This document shows, one piece after another, positions 1 to 11,648 of a stretch of DNA of 64,000 bases. The notes beneath the pieces were generated by a model that was not told the origin of the DNA, did not search any database, and saw nothing but the letters and a program-made list of their open reading frames with translations. Each line of letters opens with the position of its first letter. The first letter of the stretch is position 1. The stretch comes from Glycera tridactyla (taxonomy: Eukaryota): contig OZ286459.1 of the NCBI GenBank assembly GCA_965644265.1, forward strand, positions 30,504,001 through 30,568,000, written 5' to 3'. Position numbers and translations under genes: made by a program.

Positions 1-225
1 TACATCCACCATGATCATGTCTTCCTCCATTCAGTAAGTATGTTACAGTGCAAATAATTGTATAATCTGGAACATGCGTTAGAAGTCAACCAATGAAGAT
101 TTATGATGTGGACTATATCAATAGATGGGCTTCCCACAGGCCTAAAATACTTATGATAGTATGCACTCTCACAGATTTTGCGGAACCCACAGCTGCTGAA
201 CCCCTGCACCAATCCACACCAAATG

Positions 226-656
226 CAGGGTTCGCACAGACTTAAAACAGTGATTAAAAATTGGCCCGGGTGCTTCAAAAGTCCTTAAATCCAAACACTG
301 CCTTGAAAATCATCAGAAATTCTTAAAAAGTCCTTAAAAATTACCCAGAGTCTTCAAATTTCTCACATAATCCATGACAAAAGTCTTCTTCAATATTTCC
401 CATTATCTGATGGTTTGATGTAGAGAAATGCCAGATTCAAAATTAATTCAATCTTACCCTTTTTGAATATTTTGATAGATACTACAAAAATGTGAAAAAT
501 ATGTGCTGTCGCCTATGTGGCAAAAAGGTTGTGAATGCTTCTGCTTGGTTTTACATGCAATTTGGTTGTGAGGCACTTTCATCGCTGGTGATTGAAAAAT
601 AGCTTGAGTCCTTAAAAAATGCTTAAATTCCATATAAGAATTTTGGATGGACCCTG
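226..656. mobile_element. Non-autonomous CAGGG..CCCTG DNA transposon, 5-bp TSD
   Basis: Ends CAGGGTTC / GGACCCTG, flanks AAATG / AAATA; lies in an intron of the Ulp1-PHD gene. Confidence 0.7.
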
Positions 657-912
657 AAATAAACTTCCCTTCAACTGTCTCATTGTGCAGGTGTGAACTG
701 GTGCGTCTGTTCCTTGCTTGGGAATTTGCAAAGGGCAGAACTGCTCATGATAATAGCTTCCATTTGGCGGGGGACCCTGCATCACTGAATGCTTGTTTCT
801 CTATTCACCAGTCTTAATGGACAGCTTCAACTATATAACAAACTGTTCAGTATTTGTAATTTTCATGTTACTCACAGGAGGATTTGTCTGGATATGATTT
901 CATCGTGGGGCA

Positions 913-1083
913 GTTTTTTGTTTGTTTTGTTGAGAGTTTAACGTCACGTCAGCTCCGTCTGGGCTATATTGTGACGCCCATGCAATGGGCATGGGTGGGA
1001 TCATTCAAGACTCCTCCTTCTGGATCCCCAACAGAAGGCAAATTTATGAAATTCACAGACACTCAAGGTGTCATTTCTGTTAG
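913..1083 (-). mobile_element. SINE-like retroposon family C inserted in the Ulp1 His exon
   Basis: 12-bp TSD CATCGTGGGGCA (901-912, 1084-1095); homologous to 6474-6620, 9540-9790 and 59007-59179. Confidence 0.88.
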
Positions 1084-1134
1084 CATCGTGGGGCAAGAAA
1101 TGTCCGTCGCTCCCATAGGACATTATTGGTGAGG

Positions 1135-1263
1135 TTTGTTTGTTTGTTTGTTTGTTTAGGTTTAACGTCACTTAAACCCACTTGGGTTATATCGGACTGA
1201 AAAACTGAAAATGCTGAAGAAAAGAGTCACTGCTTGCCGGGGGCCGTCCCTACTCTTTGCGAA
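1135..1263 (-). mobile_element. SINE-like retroposon family A, 3' end with (AAAC)n tail
   Basis: 13-bp TSD ATTATTGGTGAGG (1122-1134, 1264-1276); homologous to 9192-9396 and 62028-62250. Confidence 0.88.
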
Positions 1264-1816
1264 ATTATTGGTGAGGACTCTTCTATTTTTGCCTATTAAA
1301 AATTTGGTGTAGTCTTATGTTTGGAGGGGGGGGGGGGGGGGGGGCTTAGTTTTATGGGGTATGGAATGACAAAATTTGAAGCGTGCTGCTCACTTTGCTT
1401 CGTGAAAAATTCTGGTTGTTGCTAGTGTTCTACCTTGAAATGCAAATAAAATGGTAAATCCAGTCTCTATGATAACTGAGAGGTTGTTATGCAAAAGAAG
1501 AATAAATAGTTACAAATCAACTGTGTAGTTGAAGACAAAAAATCAATCATATATGATTCAGCAATATTCTTTTATAGATACTCTGATTGAGATATATCCC
1601 CAAAAACAGTTTCAATTAAATAGGGCCTGTGATGTATTTATGGTTTGTTCAAACTTTCCTGAGCATGCAGCCAATCAACCTGCATGCTTAGGGCAAGTCC
1701 TTGTTCTGAACCGGTGGATAATAGTGAATAATATTTCGCAGGGAACAGAAAATATTGCTTTCTAGACAGGTTCATGGTCAGTTCAAATCATCAAGATATG
1801 AATGTAATATTTACAG

Positions 1817-1905
1817 GTCATAGATCTAAATCGGAGCACAGTGTCCTATTACGACCCACTGCGACCTCTCACCACCGAAAGCAGGCAAATGTGCACAAAA
1901 TGGAG
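1817..1905 (+). CDS. Ulp1-like protease exon with catalytic Asp region (VID...YYDPL)
   Basis: TTACAG| acceptor, AG|GTAAGT donor, phase 0 to 2 matching the next exon. Confidence 0.82.
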
Positions 1906-2542
1906 GTAAGTACTCTCCTGTTAGTGAAATCTGCAATGAGCATGCACATTGAATGTCTATTGGGGATATAAAGTGGAACCCAGAAGCTCTAGTAGAAGTA
2001 TGTGAGTGTGTTATTTGCGTAAAAACACCATTGTTAAAATGATCTAAAAGTGATAAATTGTCTGTGTCCATTACATATTTTATTCTTCTATGAAACCTGT
2101 TTGCAAATTCCCTAATATTGCATCTGGTATTTTTTGCCAGATTAATTGATTAATCACTGAATGTCCAATTTCAGTGTTACACACTTTTTGGGCTGGTGAA
2201 CATCTGTTTAGTCTAATGAATCTGACATTCCACCAGACTGAAGGGCTATTGTGAGGACTGACAGTGTAAATCAGCCTGGAAAGACCACCCAAAATTTCAC
2301 GAGACAGGTGGTGTTTCCAGACATGTATTTCAAACATATGTAAATAAAGGGAGTACCACCGGGCAGCAGTCTTTTCCGGCAGGGATGTTATAGACTGGTC
2401 AACTCTATTGGGAATTGAGCTTGAAATTTCCCTGTATGTAGTACAATTGTTGTTTTTACTTAGAGCATACATATTTGATTGTGTCCTGTGTAAAAATATA
2501 TATATATATTATGGGCCTTTATTAATTATCCATATATTGCAG

Positions 2543-2663
2543 TGCCTTCTGGAAAACGCGTCTGGAAGAGGGGCAAGGGGAAAAACCCATGAAATGGATA
2601 AACAAGTCCCATGAACACCAACGTCAAATGGATGGCTTTAACTGTGGAGTGTATTGTATAATG
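2543..2663 (+). CDS. Ulp1-like protease exon with oxyanion Gln and catalytic Cys (Q.Q.DG.NCGVY)
   Basis: TTGCAG| acceptor, ATG|GTACGT donor, 121 nt, phase 2 to 0. Confidence 0.87.
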
Positions 2664-3068
2664 GTACGTGAAAGCAAACCATACCCTCTGTTGATACTGG
2701 TGTACTAGTGGTAGCTCTGTTGACATGGATGCAGTGTCCCAACATTATCCCTACATATCCATGAGAGGGGTATGCTAGTGAATACCAACTGGCTCATGAA
2801 AGACCAGTACATGTATATGTTTTGAATTACACACTTGTGTCTGTGATTTTCATATCTGATGAACCCTTTTTTGAAATCTTTTCGACAAGAGAGGTATAAA
2901 CCATCCTTATCATGTCATTAAGCTAAAATAAGCGAATTCTATAAGTAAATGTGAAAGTGAAGCTGCTGTAGAATAATGCAATATATTACACACATATTAT
3001 AGAACTCTTCGTTTTTATAATCAACACCCAATGTGTACTTCAAGATTACAAGTCAAGTGCTCTTTCAG

Positions 3069-3168
3069 CTTGCAGAACTTCATCTTTCGCGCAAATTCAC
3101 TGGAATGGAATCCATGGACGCAGGATCAATGCGGCAGAGAATTGGTGTTCAGCTATTGAAGGAATCAG
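3069..3168 (+). CDS. Ulp1 C-terminal helix exon
   Basis: CTTTCAG| acceptor, G|GT donor; LAE....D...MR.RI...LL pattern. Confidence 0.75.
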
Positions 3169-3658
3169 GTCATTATAGTGAGCATGTTATATTGAAAAGC
3201 GAAACAACTGTGCAAGAATTAATTTCTTTGAATGTAACCTTATGAGTTTATGTTCTACATGGAAGTTATGGGAATGCCTGTTGACCTGCAAGTTTGTCCT
3301 TTGTTGTTTGGTGAATGTTACATGGCAGCTGAACTCCATAGTTTGTAAAGTTCACAAATCCTGATATGAGCTGATTAGTTGGATTGAACAGAAATTAAAA
3401 TTGAATCTAATGGAGGCATTCTCTGGTAATTTGTTAATGGCAAGCATAAAAAGATAAGCTTGGAAAATGTCACATTTGCATTTTGTGGCGAGTGTCAATA
3501 AACAGGTGGTAAATGAAATATGCAGATGGCCCTTGTATATAGTCTGTCAAAATCACCTCAATTCTGTATGATAATTGATACCGGTTTAAAGGATGTTAAA
3601 CAGAAACAAACAAACCAATTCTGTATCATAACAGGTATGTATCTATGTTTATTTTTAG

Positions 3659-3723
3659 GAGATATCAGCAAGCGTTGTATGAGATGTTCGTTCCTGATTA
3701 GTGGTGATGATGTGGACACAACG
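3659..3723 (+). CDS. PHD finger first exon (GDISKRCMRCSF...)
   Basis: TTTTAG| acceptor, |GTAATA donor, CxxC. Confidence 0.78.
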
Positions 3724-3765
3724 GTAATAGATTATAAATACATTCACAAAATTTGTACAAGGATA

Positions 3766-4001
3766 CCCAGCAAACATTCTGTGGGGTGCCGGTGGTGGGG
3801 CCCCACAGAATGTTTGCAGGGTAATCAATCTTGCACCCCCAGGATTCGGTACCTTGCTTGCTATCTGGGTCACAGTGATCCCATCAACCTTTTCATGCCC
3901 AGCTTCTTCAAATTATCCTCAGATGCTGTGTCTTCGAAGGAATAATTGGAAGCCACCCAATGGTTTGATCTCCGATAAAAACCATGCTGTTTGCTTGCTG
4001 G
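3766..4001. mobile_element. Inverted-repeat element CCCAGCAA..TTGCTGGG with internal hairpin 3766-3821
   Basis: TACCCAGCAAACATTCTGTGGGG...CCCCACAGAATGTTTGCAGGGTA. Confidence 0.55.
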
Positions 4002-4420
4002 GCCAGGCCCCAGGGTGCTTATTTCATCTATTCTTATTTCAGCAAACCTGTGGTGTGAATACCTAAAATAACCACATGGAGGAAAAATGATGAGGTTGTG
4101 AAATAGTTCTGTCAAGAGTAACTCATCAGCAAGAATCTACAAAAAGATACGACATAACTGAAGCTCTATTTTTGTGTGGCCCCTACTTTATTCTGTTTGA
4201 AATAAATATATAAATGGATGAAGCCCCTTGTATTGAATAAACACAACTTAGTTGAGATAATCGTGACTGAATTTTCTTTGGCTAGCCAGAAAGAAGCAAC
4301 TATTCATTGTAGTTGTTAGAACTACCAAGGCAGCCAGATTAACAGGTAGAACTGGAAAGCAATAAGATATGTGATTCATAATATAGATGCTTAACAAATT
4401 CGTTTTTTTCTTCATTTCAG

Positions 4421-4522
4421 CTCTTAAGATGCAAGAAATGCAAACGTTTTTTGCATCTGACATGTGCGATACCTTCTGAAGTACCAGAGCGATTGGAGGA
4501 TTTTCAATGTGATGTGTGCTAG
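4421..4522 (+). CDS. PHD finger terminal exon (LLRCKKCKRFLHLTC...CDVC*)
   Basis: TTTCAG| acceptor; completes the C4-H-C3 pattern; TAG at 4520-4522. Confidence 0.85.
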   Translation, partial: LLRCKKCKRFLHLTCAIPSEVPERLEDFQCDVC

Positions 4523-4759
4523 TAACCACTGAACAGGCAATGTTAGATCAACATCACTGCATGCATTCAGACCCTGTAAGCTTAAAATGAACTCTTATAT
4601 GTGACTAGCCACCTTGGTAAAAGAACTTGTACTACACCTGGGTCTTGACAACCATCTTCCAGATGTCAAAAAAAAACTCATTTGGGCACCTGACTATTGT
4701 GGTCCTGCTAGCTACTTATATCGATAATAGACACCCAGCTATTGGGATAATCCCTACAT

Positions 4760-4997
4760 ACGCACCAGATTAGCGGCATTTGAGTTGTTAATGCTTAGTA
4801 TCTGGATTTTTATACACGCCTGACTAAATAATTCTAGCTCATATATGATTTTCTGATCTTATGAATTTGTGTACGTTAGTGGTCTGTATGTGTTAGCCTG
4901 TAATACGACCCGGTTGTGTCCTTTGTAAATATTGTACATTGTACATTCATCTAGCACAATAAACATTTCTGTATTCTGTATTCTGAATTCTGAATTC
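4760..4997 (+). mobile_element. Probable LINE 3' end with AATAAA and (ATTCTG)n tail
   Basis: AATAAACATTTCTGTATTCTGTATTCTGAATTCTGAATTC at about 4958-4997. Confidence 0.45.
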
Positions 4998-5079
4998 AAT
5001 GTCATTTTCGATTCTTTTGGTAGAATCAACCTGTTTTCAAACATCTCAGTATCAGCTTTTATGCTCTGGTCAAAAGTGT

Positions 5080-5680
5080 CATCCGCGAAGGTTTGAGAAT
5101 AACGTCGATATTGAAGTAGAAACAGGGCAAAAGAAATTGGATTGTATGAAATATCTTGGAATTTACTTTGATAGGCACCTTGACTTTGCTCAACATATTG
5201 AAAAACTTGTAAATTTCATGAGGTATAAATGTGGACAACTACGACGCATCAGGCCCTTTATTCTGCTTGAGTCTGCTTGTCAGATTGTGATCTCAACTAT
5301 CTTATCTTATGTCGATTATGGCAGCAGCATATATGGTGGTGCAAGTGGTGAGCTCCTGGGCGCCTTGGACAAACAGGATTCCTCGATTTTAAGAGTAGTG
5401 TGCAATGAAGGGTACCATAATAGCATAGAAGACATGCTGAGTAGATGTAATATTTACAATCACAATGAAGCCAGATCTGAGCAATTGCTTATTGAGTTTT
5501 ATAAGATTTCAGTGTGTCACTGTCCAGTGAAATTATATAATATTTGTTCTTTTTTTTCGTAGTAGCTTACCAGTTAGACATGCAACTAGATGAGATAGTA
5601 GGGAAAATATGTTACTGCCCATAGTTAATTCCTCCAAGGTCCATTCGTGTCAAAAATTGTGATGTATTTTTGTGATGGCG
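5080..5680 (+). mobile_element. Non-LTR retrotransposon (L2/CR1-like) ORF2 C-terminal fragment
   Basis: ORF 4999-5562 contains KYLGIYFDRHLDF..HI..L, L.RIRPF, I.S..DYG...YG, the typical post-RT region. Confidence 0.85.
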
Positions 5681-6473
5681 TGAACACAATACAAATGCAA
5701 TGTTTTTGTGCATGGTAATTTTTATTGCAAGCAGTTTACTGGTTTATGACAATATCAAATTTAATGAGTCATTTATACTTCCCCAATCATTGGCATTACA
5801 TTCCGGGAACCAATTGGGTCCCTGTCTTTCAATGGAACAATTAATCTAGCATACTATGTTGTTGGTGTTAGGTCCTTTTATGCACAGAAATAACAGTCAT
5901 CATTGATATAACATTATGTCCCAAGTGTCATCCTTTATAATACACTAAAGGTGAGACCGACAACATGCAGGTTCACAACACAACCTATACTCGGTATTTC
6001 CACATTGTTTGGAGAAAATGGCCATGTATTTCAGTCACTTGGCAAGGATTACTGTAATGGTGAGGGTTCATGTACGTGCTTTATTACTTGATGTCGTACC
6101 TCAAGACGAATTCCTCAAAACTGTGTGCCAGTCCTTATGATGGCATTGTTTTTCTTGGAAGTACTGCTATCTACTGCGTGTTGCCTGACTCTGGATTAGC
6201 TGTTTCTGTAACACCAGAAAACATACCAACATCTTCAACAGTCATATAATAGAAAACATATTACATTAAAATAGATATACAATTGAAATAAAGAATATAA
6301 ACTGAAATACAATGGTGTTTTGTATACTTAAGCTAGCTACATCTTGATATGTACAAGGTTGGGATGGTGGGTGAAAAAATACTTATATGGGATTATCGGC
6401 TGTGCCATTCTTGACTGTGTGGTGGCCAGTTGCGTCCAAATCAAATTGCAGCAGCTTTGCATGTGTTACTACT

Positions 6474-6620
6474 GGGTTGGTTGGTTGGTTGGTTGTGGTT
6501 TAACGTCACGTCAGCACCATCTGGACTATATTGTGACGCCCATGCAATGGGCATGGGTGGGATCTTCCAAGACTCCTCCTTCTGGGTCCCAAACGGAAGG
6601 TGAAATGCAAAATTTTTGAT
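6474..6620 (-). mobile_element. SINE-like family C copy with (AACC)n tail
   Basis: Near-identical to 59007-59179. Confidence 0.85.
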
Positions 6621-7955
6621 GGCACTGGCCTGCGAAATTCTCTAAATATTTCCTATCTATTTGATTCTAATTTTTCAAATATGATTTGTTGTGTTAATTA
6701 GTGACAATTAACCAAGTGTTCACTATTCACTAAAATTTGTTGTTCACAACTTTATTAAAATGTGCATTGACTTATATTATGTACTTTGTATTCCATATGA
6801 TGTATGGTGAAAATGGTGGATATTCTTACACAAACCCCCTTGATGCCTCTGTTGCCGACTACTAGCTGAGATGAGATTTCTGCAGGCCCGACGACCTTGG
6901 TAACTCAGCTATTTGATATCGTTACCGTACTCACAATCAACACAATTATATATATAATATATATATATAAATATATATATATTTGCTTTATGCTTTATTG
7001 GATATCTATCTGAGGCCTAATATACAGTTTCTGTATTTTGAATCTATAGGAGGGATATATGTATTATACTGATAATTTGCTTCACAGATTGCAGGGAGAA
7101 AGGGTTTTTTTTTCATAGAAATATTACTTATTGGACACGAGAGGTGCATAGATGCATATGCATGTATACTTTTTATATCATTTATGGGCTTATGTGCCAT
7201 ACAGCTTTTAGAAGGTATTTTTACCTGTTTTTGGCATACCCGCAACTATGCCTCGGATCGTGCATTATCTGAGTGTTGATTGCCTGCTGGTCAGGGGAGG
7301 AGATGCGTGATAATTGTGTCATTACTGCATATTTTCTGGGTATGCTATATAGCATGATGAGTATGACTTGAGGTTGTTCTATATGCAGATGTATAGAGAC
7401 AGAAATACATATATAATGTATGGAGAAAGAAATACAAACCCTGAGAATAAAGTTTTGAAAATTGTTATTTCTTGTGTTGGTTTCAAGTTTGTTCGACAAA
7501 GTTTGGTCATATATATATACATTACAATTACATATTAGGGGATTGAGTGGTTGACAGTTTTTGAGCATCACTTGGTGGTCAATCTGTCAATCATTCATAT
7601 TGGGTCTAGAGACTGAGAGAGCGACCATACCGTATAATGGTGCATTGAAACGAACTGACCTAGTGTAGGTTAAGGTACATCATACGGAATGGGGTCACAC
7701 TCAGTCGGTTCGAGCTAATATCCCCATCCTCTGGTGCAGACCCTGGATACTAGCTCTTTTTGTTCGCCCACACAAGTGCTGCTCTTAGTTTTCGAATGTG
7801 ACTCATGCATGCGCAGGCTTCTCATATTCCTATTCATATCAGCTCTGACAGACTGAGAGAGGGACACCATTCCTTATAATGTTCCTCAACCTTCACTAGG
7901 TCCAGTCAGCTATATCCTGTGTCTAGCCGATAGAGATCATTTGCATGTATTCTAA

Positions 7956-8465
7956 AGTGACCTGAACAGCCGGGTTCAATGAAAAGTGAATGGCGAGTTG
8001 TTGGGGTTAGTGTGACTGTTTAATATAGAGTGACCTGAAGAGCCGGGCCCAATGAAAAGTGAAGGCCCGGTGGTTGAAGTCAATCTGACTAGTTAATATA
8101 GAGTGACCTGAACAGCTGGGCCCATCGAAAAGTGAGGGCCCGGTGGTTGAAGTCAGTCTGATTGGTTAATATAAAGTGCCCTGAGTAGCCGGGCTCAATG
8201 AAAAGTGAACGCCCGGTGCTTGAAGTCAGTTTGACTGGTTGATATCGAGTGACCTGAAGAGCCGGGCTCAATGAAAAGTGGAGGCCCGGTGGTTGAAGTC
8301 AGTCTGACTGGTTAATATAGAGTGACTTGAACAGCCGGGCTCAATGAAAGTGAAGTCCCAGTGGTTGGAGTCAGTCTGACTGGTTAATCTAGAGTGACCT
8401 GAACGACCGGGCTCATTGGTAAGTGAAGGCCTGGTTGTTGGAGTCAGCACTGACTGGCTAATAAG
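7956..8465. repeat. Tandem minisatellite, 7 x about 73 bp
   Basis: Unit AGTGACCTGAA.AGCCGGGC.CAATGAAAAGTGAAGGCCCGGTGGTTGAAGTCAGTCTGACTGGTTAATATAG, starting at 7956, 8029, 8102, 8175, 8248, 8321, 8393. Confidence 0.95.
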
Positions 8466-8839
8466 ATCACTTCATTCAAATCCGACCATCAGAGGCTATT
8501 TTATAGGTCTTTCAAGATTGGCTATTGTAAGGCTCATTTGGGAACATATGGAGGGATGACTTATTATGGTAATGGTGGCTAGCTGGAGGGCTCTAATTAC
8601 CCTCACTGGCCATGGCTGAATAGGCCATGTGCAGCTGGCTGTTGTGTTTACCAACATGTGCTATTTATAGCTGCACTACACAGCTTGTGTACACGTCATA
8701 CCTGAAGAGCCGGGCCTGTAGCCGCTACCCACGCTTGTTACCCCTCGCTCATTGCTAGGCGCGTGGCAGGTGTGCTCACCTGTGCGACCACCGGCGTGAG
8801 TCGTACTCGCATAAGGCTAATTGGGAAGGGGCACCCGCT

Positions 8840-9191
8840 GTGGATCGGTGGGCTGTTGAAGAAGGGGATGGAGGTCGGGGGAAGACGTCAATGAGGGAGA
8901 GCATGTCGGAGGGGGTTTGGAGAAAGATGGAAGAGGAGTGTGGGGATACTGTTGGTGGACATGGGGTGAGTCATTCTAGGGTATGGGGGAGGTGGGGTCA
9001 TGGGAGGAATGAGTTGGGGAAAATGTTGATGAGGGTCAGGGGGGAGATGAGGGCGAAGGGCGGACTTGGAGGGGGAAATAGGTGGAGGAGGGGACTAGAA
9101 AAGGGGAGGGGGCTCAACCAGTGGGGGGTAGGGAACAGGGTGGGGGAGGCTGGCAGTGGGGAGGGGGATGATAGGTCGGGGGAAGGGGAGG
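8840..9191 (+). repeat. G/purine-rich low-complexity tract
   Basis: Dense GGGG/GGAG runs. Confidence 0.8.
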
Positions 9192-9396
9192 GTTTGTTTG
9201 TTTGAGTTTAACATCACTTAAACCCGCTTGGGTTATATCGGACTGAAAAACTGAAAATGCTGAAGAAGAGTCACTGCCTGCCGGGAGCCGTCCCTACTCT
9301 TCGCGAAAGACAGCAGTGGATCTTTAACGTGCGTAAAGGAAAAGGCTCCTAAATACACGGCCAGCCTTTGATATCCCAGTCGGCATACACTGGGTT
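9192..9396 (-). mobile_element. SINE-like family A copy
   Basis: Contains CACGTTAAAGATCC and GATGTTAAACTC(AAAC)n on the minus strand; matches 62028-62250. Confidence 0.85.
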
Positions 9397-9539
9397 CAGG
9401 GAAGGGGAGGGAGAGGATATGGGGAGGAAAGGTGTTGGTCAAGGAAAGGGGATGAAGGAGCAGAGAAATGAGTCACTGCCTTCCGGGGGCCGTCCCTACT
9501 CTTTGCAGAAGACAGCAGTGGATCTTTAACGTGCATACA

Positions 9540-9790
9540 GGTTTGTTGGTTGGGCATGGGTGGTTGGGCATGGGTGGGATCTTCCAAGACTCCTCCTTCT
9601 GGGTCCCAAATGGAAGGTGAAATGATATGAAAATCACAGACACAAAGTGTCATTTCAGACAACCACTCATGGAGGGGATGGTGTTTCATGTCCTGTGAGG
9701 GACATCCTGGCTCCGCCTGGGTCCACGGATGCAATGGAAGGTGAAAATTGATGAAATTCAGACACTCAAGGTGCCATTTCTAGTAGCAGG
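9540..9790 (-). mobile_element. SINE-like family C copy with partial internal duplication
   Basis: GGGCATGGGTGGGATCTTCCAAGACTCCTCCTTCTGGGTCCC core. Confidence 0.8.
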
Positions 9791-10520
9791 AATGTTGATC
9801 ACAGTGCTCCTGGAGAACATCAGACTGATTCATATGTCATTTACTATGTCAGTTGATGTTTTCAGTGTCACGCTGTGGAAATAGGATCGGCTGACAGGGC
9901 CTCTACTTGGGCGAAGATTCACCCTTATTTATCGCAGGAGATTCTCTTTATTGAGTATAAGCCTCCCCTTTGACCATGTCAAAGACATCATTCTTCTGCA
10001 ATAATTCCACCTGAAATCTCCGGTATTTTGGCTGAAATCCAGTCTTGACTTTTATATGCTATGTTATGGATAGGTTGTGAGAAGTAACACAAAAGATACA
10101 ATGCAAGGTAACAAAGTCAACGACACATATAATGCTGGACTGAAAGACATTTATTTTGTTTCCAAAATTATCATCTATGCCACTCAGAACCTACTTCCAT
10201 TTCATACATGTAACAATACTTTACAGGTCACATTTGAACCAATGATAAAATAGTCATGAATAAGAATATAATAGTAGCACATTCATATGTAGAACAATGA
10301 TGGGATGCTTCACAGAGGGACCATGGAAATCACAAATACTGAGGTAATGGAACAGGCGAAACTCCAAGCAGACAGATAAAAACATTGTATACACAGGCAT
10401 GCACTAGTTTCACCTGGCTGACTTAACAAACATAATATTAGTTCACAGCAAATTTCTACTCACAAGTCCTGAACAATGTCCAATTCTCAACATTTTATCA
10501 TGACATTCAAATGCTCTGAT

Positions 10521-10800
10521 GATTGTTTGTTTGTTTGTTTGAGGTTTAACGGCATGTATCAACCCATGGGTTATGTATGCCGAGTGTTCCTGGTTAATGA
10601 AAGCTAGATGTTCTCTCCCCTGCAGAAATCACTCTCACAAACACTGAACACAAGTTGATGGGGAACCTGAAAGGTTGTCGAGTGGAAGTAGCTGACAGTT
10701 CAGACACACTGCCAGCTAATCTGAACACACATAATAAACCTTTGATGGCATATTTAGTTGTTCTGATGAAGTGCACATTTGGACTTATATGTGCAGAAAT
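10521..10800 (-). mobile_element. Retroposon family B, 3' end with (AAAC)n tail
   Basis: Reverse complement matches 56460-56660 (GCCGTTAAACCTCAAACAAAC...). Confidence 0.82.
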
Positions 10801-11494
10801 GACCACCCTGCACAAAATGGCTAGTGGCATCATGTGGCCAGTAATATACATGCAAACAACCAAGTTATACATACTACAACTGTTTGGTCAATGCTGTATT
10901 CAAATTATTACAATCTTCACTCATCATTCACACTTTTCAAATTGAGGTAGCATTGCGACTGAGACAGATATGAGAGGCGTGCTTAGCACAAGTGCGTGCA
11001 CCGGGCATGACGAATAAATGAATGTACTTCGGTATGAGCATATGCAACTGTGCCAATCCTCGAACAAAATTCCACGAAATATTAGATGAGAGTGATTATT
11101 CAATCGTCAACCAAGGACTAGAAGCTTCCCCTAAAGTACAGTATTTCTTTAACTTTACAGATAAATTGTGTCATGGATATTGGGCAATTTGAAAATGCCG
11201 GTATTTGATGTACCATTTTGGCACTCTCTGATTTGAAATGATGAATCAAACTACATGTAATATCTTTCTATCTGACCTTCATGATTGGCAAAGCTTTTCA
11301 CCCCAGAAGGGGCATCATGGAATGGAGAATACAAAGTTCAAACAATACACGAGTCATGCTACTGGGGATATTTTTCCCATCATATGAAGCAGCCGATGGA
11401 ACATGCATGCAGTAAGTATGGTTAAGGCGGCATCAAAGCAGTTCAAGCATGTGACTAGTGTAGTATATGTAGGTGGCCAATCACAGTAGATGTA

Positions 11495-11648
11495 CAGCCG
11501 AACCTCCTCTAAAGACCACCTCCCTATAAAGACCGCCCTCAACTGCGACCGTGGTAGTAATTTCAACAGTAAATTACCTCTCTATCACCTCCCTATAAAG
11601 GCCACTTTTTATGCAACCGAAGGCGGTCTTCAAAGGGAGGTTCGGCTG
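11495..11648. mobile_element. TA-flanked palindromic MITE (Tc1/mariner-pogo type ends)
   Basis: TA|CAGCCGAACC...GGTTCGGCTG|TA with internal GACCACC/GGTGGTC repeats. Confidence 0.85.

Larger units (their letters stand above)
1..4522 (+). pseudogene. Spliced Ulp1/SENP-type (C48) cysteine protease + C-terminal PHD finger; 5' exons decayed; probably the 3' part of a DNA-transposon gene
   Basis: In-phase GT-AG exons: 1817-1905 (VIDLNRSTVSYYDPL), 2543-2663 (HQRQMDGFNCGVYCIM), 3069-3168 (LAELHL...MRQRIGVQLLKESG), 3659-3723 (CMRC), 4421-4522 (CKKCKRFLHLTC...FQCDVC*). The upstream exon 878-1128 (DFIVG/ARNVRRSHRTLL) is frameshifted and holds a SINE. The exon near 691-810 has a stop. Runs off the left edge. 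Confidence 0.85.

Noticed and set aside
7956-8465. Hammerhead ribozyme array (CTGAAGA...GAAA in each unit)
   Set aside because: Stem II is not closed next to GAAA, and I could not form stem III with a UH cleavage site; an Infernal search would settle it.
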